Below are positions 1 through 10,300 of a stretch of DNA of 64,000 nt, in pieces (the stretch's first letter is position 1; each line of letters begins with the position of its first letter). Made by a program: the position numbers and the translations under genes. The stretch comes from Pecten maximus (lineage: Eukaryota), in assembly GCF_902652985.1 (NCBI RefSeq), contig NC_047018.1, positions 33,976,001 through 34,040,000 on the forward strand, given 5' to 3'. Under the pieces are notes generated by a model, which ran no database searches, was not told the DNA's origin, and saw only the letters and a list, made by a program, of their open reading frames with translations.

Positions 1-900
1 TGCTCAAGTGAAATAATGGCGATACACATCAAAACGGATGTATAGTTCCCAATCGTTAATATCAGAAACAGATTGGAGATACGTTTGTGTATTGCCACAG
101 AATCTCTTTAACAAATTACACAGAGATAAAATCCTGATGAAGATGGAAGTAATAAATCAGAGATATCGGGTTACATTTCGTATATTATGTAATATCGTGG
201 TTGTTAATGAAACATGTACATACAATGAGAGGAGGCCAATTCCGGAATGAAAATGGAAAGTAAAACTTCATGGTACGTATGATAAATAAGTTTTTCTAAC
301 GGGAATTTTATATTCAAAACTGTGTCATTTAAATGAGTAAAATACATAAAATTAATTATTTTAAATATTCAAACTGTTCCGGTCCTCTCGTCATCAATTT
401 AGAAAAAGGAGACACCCATCAGGAAGTGACATCAAATTCAAATTATGACGGAAATTGCTGAATGGTTTCGGATTATCGTTCTTTACCATGCTAGTAGTCA
501 TTCGCATCATGAAAATAATTGGAAAATGGAAAAATAATTTTGAATAAACTAAACATAGATTTTACATAGACTGTACAACGCAAACCCCACATAATGACAG
601 GTAAAATAAATTAAAGTGCAATTCGCTGTTGCTTTTAACGTCCATAACATATTTTAAAAGCACTATTAACTTTAATACATGTACTAGTATCTTCGTAGCT
701 AATGGAAAAGGGGATTTCATTGTGACAAGACTGACACATTTTAGAATAAGTTTACAAAACTTCAATCAACCACCTGATATACACATACCAGCATAGTGTG
801 CTCATGCTTGGTACCGTTTTGTGGTAAATGAGAAGATTATCTTGGAAGCTTTAAATATTGAATATTTTTTTCCTTAAACGCCTTTAAACAAAAGCATTAT

Positions 901-1449
901 ATGACATTGTACATTTCATCACAACGCTTCCATGCAAAACAATTTAATGCAGTTTCAATCAACAAGGCATCACTAGAAACCAAACCAGAATCCATAGAAA
1001 CCAAACTGAAATACACAGTAACCAAACTAGAATATATAGAAACCAAACTGAAATACATAGAAACCAAACAAGAATCTATAAAAACCAAACTGAAATACAT
1101 AGAAACCAAACAACAATCTATAGAAACCAAACTGAAATACATAGAAACCAAACTAGAATCTAAAGAAACCAAACTAAAATATATAGAAACCAAACTAGAA
1201 TATATAGAAACCAAACTAAAATACATAGAAACCAAACTAGAATCTATAGAAACCAAACTGAAATACATAGAAACCAAACTAGAATCTATAGAAACCAAAC
1301 TGATATACATAGAAACCAAACTAGAATCAAAAGAAACCAAACTGAGATCTATAGAAACAAAACTAGAATATGTAGAAACAAAACTAGAATCTATTGAAGC
1401 TAAACTGGAATCTATGGAAACAAAACTGGAAGAAATCACTTTTACATGA
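901..1449 (+). CDS. Possible coiled-coil (heptad IETKLE[S/Y]) coding exon or ORF; coding status unproven
   Basis: 182-aa open frame made of 7-aa units with I/L at heptad positions; candidate acceptor TTTAATGCAG near 942-952; distal units vary largely at third codon positions. The reverse strand is also open, so it may be a non-coding minisatellite. Confidence 0.25.
   Translation: MTLYISSQRFHAKQFNAVSINKASLETKPESIETKLKYTVTKLEYIETKLKYIETKQESIKTKLKYIETKQQSIETKLKYIETKLESKETKLKYIETKLEYIETKLKYIETKLESIETKLKYIETKLESIETKLIYIETKLESKETKLRSIETKLEYVETKLESIEAKLESMETKLEEITFT
971..1431. repeat. 21-bp minisatellite (ATAGAAACCAAACTAGAATCT / ...CTGAAATAC variants, often alternating as a 42-bp dimer), ~22 units
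   Basis: Directly visible tandem units; they explain the overlapping ORFs 901..1449(+) and 897..1496(-). Confidence 0.95.
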
Positions 1450-2267
1450 TTCACTATTACATACATATAAAAAGGTTGACATTTTCCTTCTGGCACACTC
1501 CAATGTAAATGGCTGTAATACTAGATACGTAATAACATTTCCCCAACTCGTTGAAGATCAAATACATACAATTTTAATTTTACATATATTATGTACCTTC
1601 CACGGTTCATCTTTGGAATAATCCTATATTTCTATATTAAAACTACATTATAGGCCAAGTCAAGGAAAACGCTTTATTACGCATGAAGTTCCTTATAATT
1701 AGATGACGATTTCTTCAAGAAGAAAAAACTTGTTGAATCTCTGCAGTGTAGTTGTCCCTAGCAAATAAATCTTTTGAATGTTATCTTTTGGAGAGGATCG
1801 TTAGGTAAGATTGCTTCGCTGATTTACCTGTCCAAAAAAACATGAATACTTTTTTAGTTTGTGGAAATACTGACTTAAATAGAAATGAAAAACATATTAC
1901 TCAGAGACAGATTTGGATGATTTGTTGTATCGTAGTAATGTATGTTACTTAACATCCTGCTCTCGTTATCTCGACTCAATCGACGCGGCACTACTATATC
2001 TGTTCTGATATATGTCTTTAAGTCTCCCATTTCGTCTATCCCGCTACCTTGAACTGTCAATATTATTTCCTTCTTCTTTCGGTTTTTTTTTTATATATGA
2101 ACATATTATTTCTTTAAAATATTTACTTTTGCTTAAAACAGTGTCAAGTGTTAATAAGTTAAGGAGACAACATCATATTAGTATTTTTAGATATTTTTCT
2201 TTGTATATCTTATGTGAATACTATATCCTGTATGACGGAAAGACATAAAATAACCATAAAATGGTTA

Positions 2268-2488
2268 CCTCCATGTTCAAATAAAAAACAACTGTACGTT
2301 CTTACCACCAATGCCTCCGTACAAAATTATCAAATGCTGTCTCATACCTCCAAGGCCACCATAAAAACACCAAAATCTATTTTATAACGTCCAAGGTCCA
2401 CATAAATACAAATGTTTTTTCTAACTATCTAATGCCTCCATGCCAACCCATTAAATGCACTTTCAGACCTCCAATGCCAGCACGAAAT
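2268..2488. repeat. Degenerate ~40-bp tandem repeat (ACCTCCAA[T/G]GCC.. units), ~6 copies
   Basis: Recurrent ACCTCCATG/ACCACCAATGCC/ACCTCCAAGGCC/ACGTCCAAGGTCC/ACCTCCAATGCC at ~37-43 bp spacing. Confidence 0.45.
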
Positions 2489-4502
2489 CACGTGCTTAGA
2501 GAGTGGTCAATATGCTTGTCTCAACACTCGATTAGGCCGTGGAGTTGACTACTCAAACTGAAAGGCCGGGAGACGGACTGCCTGTATAATGTAAATTGGT
2601 CGACGAGGAACTTGAGACTTGGCGTGCTTAGGCTGTAGAAATAAAAGTTACTAGATTATTTCTACTTTGTAAATGGTGCGATATACACACGTAGACACTG
2701 AATAGTTCATTCTGGCACAATATTTAAACAGCGGTGCCTTATGCTTCTACATATGCTAAGTCTTTTACAACTCCCTAGACAGACTATAACAATATTTCTA
2801 TAAACAATCATATCAAAAGTGGTAATCGTATTATAGCGATGCTCAAGCTGAAAGGCTGCGTTGAATTATAATTGAGTTAATCGAAGTTTTGATATAGTGT
2901 TTAAGGCCCTCAGCTTCAGCTCTGTGATGCAGTTTACTTAATTTCCCCTCTCTGTATCTAACTCTCAATGTGTTTTGAAATGGGCTTATACTCTGTGTCC
3001 TTTGTACAATCTTTTCTATTACATATATTGACGACAATCTGCTCAAATTTGAAAATGCTCTTAAATTTGTGCAATTATAGTATAGTGATTGCTTCTCTGA
3101 CTATCAGTAATGTTTTATATTTCAACTAATATTAAATATATTTTTTTCGATTACTTTGTCTTCTCTGGAAAAATGGACATGCCACGTCAACAACTAAAAC
3201 TGAACGGGTTTTCAATAATAAACTAATTATCAGAGATTTATCTAACTTTTAATGGAAAATGCAACGGTTGGATCGCCATGGTATCAAATAAATAAATAAA
3301 ACTTCAATAGCTGTAGTATGGAAGTCTTAACTGCTTGTTATGTGAGAGCTGCTAATAGACGTACTGTCAGAAGTATTCATAAATGTAGGATGCGAGTTTT
3401 ATTTCATCATAATATGAACGTCTAAGATATTTATCCTGTACGATCCATGTGTGAAGTCAGCGAATAGACCCATACAATGTGAGATGTCTCTCTACACTGT
3501 ACAGTGCTGTGATACGCTTTAAAAGAATTTTGTTCTGCTTGTTCTGTATATTTGCACTACTGATGAACCAAACGGTTTAACGTAATAAAAATCTGGACTG
3601 AGTCAATCTAATGATGTTTTTACAAAAGCTGTCAACGACATGGTGTAGACTGGGCAATACCAATGAAACACGTTCCAGCTGAAATGAGGCTATTAGAGTT
3701 TGAAATGAAGACACAAATCGTTGCATTATCCGTACAGGGATTCTCCCAGCTATTACAAAATGTATGCTCAAATCGTTAAATCTAGTTTGAATGTCTGACA
3801 AAAACATTTCCTCATAACGTGTTGCATAAGTGTCCATTTGATCCCATGATGGACAACAAGCGGTAACAGTGAAACCTGTTATGCTTGCCAAATATGTTGA
3901 CTTCAATTTTGTTCTGCTACGAGCAATGCTTGGGGGAAAAGTCTATCGCGACAAACTCTCTTCAGAATTTGTGAATTTCTAATTTAATTTTGCCAAACAT
4001 GCAAATCTGTTTTACATGCAATGGTGGTACAATAGAAATCAGCAGACAGCTTGAAGAACAACTACTTTGTTTTAAAACGCCTAGGGTGGTTTCCAGTTGC
4101 ATGACTCAAATATTCAAGTCCGGACTCCATAATAGAGTTGAGCACTATTTTAGATCTTGCTATTGACAAAACCCAATGCACAGCAATTAAACTTGACACA
4201 AGAGAAATAATTTGAAATAAACAACATTACTGTGTGTATATCAGTTTGTCACTTAGAGTCATGATAAGGCTCCACATCTGAAAATTGTGCTCTGACATTG
4301 ACAAAGCTTGGTTTTAGAGGGATGGTTACGTCCTCTTAACGACCAGATACATAAAACAATTATAATCAGCAATAACACCAGTAAATAATAAAATGATGTC
4401 CATGCATGATCAGACATCCTAAAGGTTACTTTTGGGTTTCATTCCACTGTTACGCAACACATCGGGCACGTGGTACAGAGGTTAACTAGTCCCTAACACA
4501 TT

Positions 4503-5143
4503 TTGTAATATGGCTGGAGTATATGCTTCATTTTCATTGCCCAATTTCCTGTTTTCCTCACAAGGACCTAGCAATGTACGTGCTAAAAAATAGCTTAGCT
4601 GGGAAATTCCCCAGACTTTGCAGACCTGCAGGTCGGCAATTTTCGCCGCCAATCACGCAACGTGTTACTTTGGAGAACAGCCAATCATAATGCTGGAAAC
4701 AAACAATTGTTCGGCATCACAATTTGTTAACAAAATGGCATTGGAGATATCCCAGCAACGTTTCGCTACAATAAACGAAGAGGAATATCTCATTTAACAG
4801 AAACAAAACTTGTAGAACACACGGAAAAATACTCCAGGAGCAACAAAACTATTCCTGCAATACTTAAGTGCCAAAGGTCAGTCTGCATCCTGACTTTGAA
4901 AACATGATTTGGACAAGAACCTTTCGATTTTATTATTCATTTGTTTTAGTTGACCATATTACAAACACTTAATTTTTGTCTTCGGTGTACACGAGACTAT
5001 ACGGACCTGGTCAAGAGTGTGTTCACCTCGGCCTGCGTCCTCGATGACCAGGTCCGTATTGTCTCCTGCGGCCTCGATGAACACGCTCTTGGCCAGGTCC
5101 GTATAGACTCGTGTACACCTCAACAAAAGTCAATAATTGTATA
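4503..5143 (+). mobile_element. Non-autonomous Crypton-like (tyrosine-recombinase transposon derivative) element, copy 1 of a tandem dimer
   Basis: Homologous to 5144-5772. Two CCAAT boxes, then a decayed ORF from ATG 4735 (MALEISQQRFATINEEEY..NTRKNTPGATKLFLQYLSAKGQ) resembling the N-terminus of CryptonA/DUF3504-type proteins. Ends in a long palindrome around CCTCGGCCTGCG.CCTCG. The family call is from recall. Confidence 0.6.
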
Positions 5144-5772
5144 TTGTAATATGGCTTGAGTGTTTCCTTAATTTTCATTGGCCAATTTACTGCTTTCCTG
5201 ACAAGGGCCTTTGAGTGAGTAGACCTGTTCGTGCTAAAAATATCTCAGCTGGGAAATTCCCCAGGCATTGCGGACCTGTCCGTGCTATTAATAGCACGAA
5301 CAGGTCGGCAATCTTTGCCTCCAATCACGCAACGGTTTCCTTTGGACAACAGCCAATCAGAATGCTGGAAATAAACAATTGTTCGGCATCACTTTGTTAA
5401 CAATATGGCAGACGTGATACCCCAACAGGTTTCGCTACTCTTAACAAAGAGGAATTACAAGATATTTTGAAGAAAAAAGACTTGTTGAACACCCAGAAAT
5501 ATACTTTAGGTGCAACAAAACTATTCCCGTCATATTTTAGTGCCAAATGTCAGTCTGCATGCCGACTTTGAAAACTTTAGTAAACACAGAGACTAGGAGC
5601 CTTGGAATTGTTTTCTGTTTATTCATTTTAGTTGGCCATATTACAAAACAGTTATTGCCTTTTGTGTTCGGTGTACACGAGACTATACAGACCTGCGGCC
5701 TCGATAAACAAACTCTTGACCAGGTCCTGTAAAGTCTCGTGTACACCGAACACAAAATGCAATTATTGTATA
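5144..5772 (+). mobile_element. Non-autonomous Crypton-like element, copy 2 of the tandem dimer
   Basis: Same start (TTGTAATATGGCT) and end (CAAT[A/T]ATTGTATA) as copy 1. Frameshifted ORF from ATG 5405 (FATLNKEELQDILKKKDLLNTQKYTLGATKLF). Perfect 25-bp inverted repeat arms at 5660-5684 and 5733-5757. Confidence 0.6.
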
Positions 5773-7235
5773 ATGATCTCCGATTATTACTTCTCTTCGT
5801 TTCACACTTTCAGGACAAGCTTGACAGCCAATTTGGTCAATGATGACCTTATCACTATTTAGCGGCAGCTAAGTCGACAGAACATAGGATATATGCATTT
5901 GTTAAGGTAAAGATCCGAGGTGTGCGATACGATTCCATTCGAGGATATTTGCGTTTTTTCGAAAGGAATTAGGAGCACGGATCGACCCATTCAGTGGCGG
6001 AGGTATCATCAGATGAAATTATTTTTTTATAATGTCATCGATACCATGTAACAGACCTCACAAATAAATGACTGTTTGCGGGTTTAAACCAAATAAAGAG
6101 CTATCCAACCAATGCAAAATCAGAACAAAATGTCAGGCATTTCAAGATTTTATCGGTCGGACATGGGACAAAACAAAAGTTTCAAAACATCTTTGCCTAG
6201 CGTTTAAAGTTGTAACAATAATTCTAAAAAGGCGTAAAATCATGTAAGATGCTAGAAAACAATGGTAATTAGGAATTACTCTGAAGAGTATGAGTGATAA
6301 AAACAAAGGATACCAACATATAAACAAAAAACTCTCGAAGCCCTGTGTTGTATGTTTTTTTTATTTAATCATGCATGGTTTTTTTTCAGATTTTTTTTTT
6401 AAATGTCGAAATTTTTGAGTGAAGAAATATTGTTTGTGAGTATAATTGCCATCAGGGTTGCACTTTATTTATGCGTAGGCATGTAAAACACGCCATGTTC
6501 ATTGTGTTTGGCGATTGCTACTGACAAGTTAATAAACTTCAAGAAAAATCAACAGTTTCAATTGGATTATTTTATACGAAAACCTCAAAATAATCAAAAT
6601 ATGCCAACATTTCCATCGGCTATAACCAAAAAACATCAACCAAAATAAATATCGATAGTCGTAAAATTGTAGCTGTTCTCTTTCACTATTTTTCACAAAA
6701 TGTAAATGAATTGAGAAAAACAAACCAAAACAACGTCGATGCAAATGTTCGTCTCAGGCCAACTCCTGCTTCCATTAGGCATAGCTATGTACTCAAATCA
6801 CATCAGTGTCATTTGAACGCTTCGTTCACGAGATGTCAACTTCACTTCTCACACGTTTGGACATATGATGGTTCCCCGATCAGTCTTGCCAGCATCTGGT
6901 ACACGTTTTCCTTTGTCACATATACTCGTTTTTAATACGCACCATCAAAATGTTAAAAACTTTCAAAGGAATCAAAAGGAAAATTAATATCTCAATAAGG
7001 AATGCATTAGTAACCATAACATATGCTTAAATCTTAATGAACTCTTTGTTCGTCTTTGTAAATTTCTACATGAATTGTTGGTGCAATATTTACATGTAAT
7101 CTGGTACTTTCATATTGCGGTTCTATATCCGTTGTTTCAATACGGCTGGATACGGCCACATGTTTGCTTTCTGCTTTTGAATCATTTGGAGGTAATTGAC
7201 TTTTATTTCCGTAATTGATTTTATTCAATGTCAGT

Positions 7236-7380
7236 TTAAAGATGCTACAGCGCCGACAGGCTGTAACAAAAATGCATTAAATTGCCCCCAAGGTAAAGAA
7301 GATATTTCATAAACACCATAAAATGAAAAAAAAAAAACAATAACAGCGTCCTTATACTGATCGTGTATTAGTTATAATCC
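7236..7380 (+). mobile_element. Kolobok-type MITE terminus (remnant)
   Basis: TTAA followed by AGATGCTACAGCGCCGACA, related to the termini of the element at 23384-23913; TTAA target plus AG.. terminus is typical of Kolobok. Confidence 0.5.
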
Positions 7381-10300
7381 CTACAGAGGATCTGTAAAGT
7401 TGACCTTTGTTTTTTTAATTACGGATCAGTCGTGAGGGCTTTGTCTTTTTTCCTTTATTTGTTTGATATTTGTTTTTTGTGTGTAATTTATTTGCATTTG
7501 CTGTTTGTTGGTTCCTGTTTCCGTTTTTCTTCCTCTGTTTATTTTTCCTTTTCTGTTTTTGTTTTCCAATTTTACATTTAATTATTGCTATTGTCATCCA
7601 TTCTGGTAATTCGAATTACGAGACAAATGAAAAATCTTACGATGTTCAACGAGACACTACAACGACCGAAAATATTCAATTTTTGAAATGTTAATAAGCA
7701 AAATATGAACCTATGTTTGTTAACCTTAACTATTTAACGCTTTTTAACCAATACAAATGAACGTACATGTTATGCTTGCTTGCATTTCAACGACTGGATA
7801 TGTTATATTTCCATGTTACATATTGGTAAAGGCACATTGAGCGTGTGACACGAGTTATTTTTTTAAAGACCCTTCTCTGTTTGCTGTTGTCTCTCTATTG
7901 TGAATCTTGTTTAAGCGTCTCAAAATATCGCAGCCAGATACTCCACAGCGTGAACAGACATCGATGAAGATGTTAACTTACCTACGCTAGTATGGAATCA
8001 GCCCACTTTACGTATACCACGACAAGTCAACACGACATCTGAGTTAGACTATGCATACCGTATCGAGATGGAGCACGATAGATTTATCTGGGTTCCAAAT
8101 AATTATTCCTTTCTTTTCAATTTAAAAGATAAAGAAGTTCACACATTTCGAGGGTGGCACATGCGAAAAGTGTGTATTATTGGTATTGTAGGCAAATACA
8201 AACGAGTTCCCTAACGATAAAAGTCACTATTTGCTGATGAAGACCAAAGGAAATGACTCGATAAGATGAAATACAGTTTGTTTAGCTTTTGCTAGAACAC
8301 AACAGCATCACTAACTCAGACAAGAGAATCTAAACAGCATCGCATCCTAACAGGGACGTCACCAGCTGTCAGAGACAACTCCCTTTCGTTGAGAATGGAA
8401 TAGTCCATAATCAATGGGCGATTTTTCAATCCTATGACCCTATTTCTATGTACAGACGTGTCAACGACTGCTGGCAGATACCTTTACATAATAACGGATA
8501 TACCGAGCGGCTATCCGGCTCTTCATAAACTCGATACCCATAGCCCCTTACTTGGGATTCGTGTCCCATCGGAAATCTGCATTAAAGACACACACAAAAT
8601 ATAGGAAACGTCGACCCCGATATCGACTGGGCACGGTGGTCTTTGTGTCATTTCAAACGCGAAATCGGCATATTTGTAACGAAAGGAAAACATTTCCTAA
8701 AAGTTTTGCTTTAATGCGACTATTACCTTAGATTTTGCCGTCATGGACGGAAATAAATGCCATGTAAATAATTCAATATACCAATAAAGCGATATACAAG
8801 CTAGCCTATACCGTCAACTTTGTTGTTTTTGTACATATGTTCGGTGTTGAAACATTTAAAATACGTGTATTTTCCGAAGATTGGACGGAGAGGCTCGAGT
8901 GGTATTCCTATTAGGTTTCGATCGGTAATATGATAATAAGGTCAAGACCGCTCTGTATATATTTGTTTTTATTTTGTTTAGATATCAGCCAATAATTATT
9001 GCAGTCACTTTTAATTTTAGTAATGAAAGAAAGTGCTAGTTTTGTAACAAGCTCTTGAATAATATCACGTTTTGAATCTTTTTCTCCTTGTGATTTTTAA
9101 CATTATAGTCGTTTTAACACTCGCTGGTCATGTTGTTGACCTATTATAATCTGATGCAAAGGGCATAGTTATATACGTGATAAAACAAGTTAAACAATCG
9201 AATATCAGTGATTAATAGCTAGCTGACAGCTGTCTTTTTTAAATGCGCATAACACAATAAACTAACCATGACGTCATCACGGACGCATTCATATCGACAA
9301 TACAGCAAGCTAAAAAGTGTTCCATTGTAAAATATAACTATTGTCCAAATTAATGCTAATTAACGGCTGTTTAATTGCTAACTGGATGACAAATGACAAA
9401 AACTCCAAAAAACTTTTAGCAAGTTATGCAATTGTACACGATACTTTACGGATTTTGTTTTATTATTAAAGATTTGTTTAATGTTTTTTTCAAGCTCATA
9501 TTACAGCAGAGTATTGGAATGAAGAAATAGTGATGGCATTGTCAAAACCTTAATATTTGCAATATCGGCCCGTTTTAGTGAATTGTATATGACATATTAC
9601 TCTGTAATTGTTAACCTAATCCGTATAGCCATATTTTTTGTCACAAATCTCGGCGATGACATCCCTGTTAATGATCCGGAAATTGGAAAACCTTTCTTTG
9701 AAAAAAGTGTAATCGAACATAAAAAGATTTATTTCCGTTAGTGATATATATTTTTGCATGTACAACTGCCGGGGACCTTCAACAGGCTCCTTCATAGACA
9801 TTCGCAATGTCTATCTTTATTTATCTTTTAGCTGTTCCATTTTGTTCAAAAAGCTTATTTCAAATCTTGTCATTCATGGTTGAGCTCGCCGGAGATCTGA
9901 TTGTCAGTGTTATCAAAAACGGAAACAGAATCTGTTTAGAAACGACAAGTAAGGATTTAGTCATTAATCATTATATATTCTTCTATACTTTTTTATTCTT
10001 TTTTAAATAAATGTACTTTAAGTTGTCGCTTTGTAGTTCTACAACTATATACAGCAACGTCCATTTATGGATTTTCCCACCGTATAAATCGCCAAAAGGA
10101 TAGAAATGTTGATGTTTTGTTCTTTAACATTTGACACTATTCTGATAAATTGTAAATTGTAGTAGGATTGTTCGAGCACCTGTCCATCAAAACACTTCCA
10201 TGACCACATTTAACAGATGAAATTGATCAAATGTAATTACATATATCTCCTCTTTCTTTTACACTATTGCTCTGTGACAACTAACACTAGGCGATACATT

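Noticed and set aside
1-110. Minus-strand peptide ..TSVLMCIAIISLE resembling GPCR TM3
   Set aside because: The next codon is CAx (H/Q), not the R of E/DRY; there is an in-frame stop shortly upstream; truncated by the window edge.
1460-1575. Minus-strand LGKCYYVSS..VCQKENVNL resembling a C-type lectin start
   Set aside because: Lacks the conserved W/A spacing, is bounded by stops, and has no downstream WIGL-type exon.
3480-4200. 109-aa ORF 3577..3906 and Cys-containing fragments, possibly a decayed transposon gene
   Set aside because: No recognisable motif in any frame.
8400-8580. Candidate minus-strand exon (FPMGHESQVRGYGYRVYEEPDSRSVYPLLCK) with AG/GT borders
   Set aside because: No family resemblance and no compatible neighbouring exons; cannot be told from chance without RNA data.
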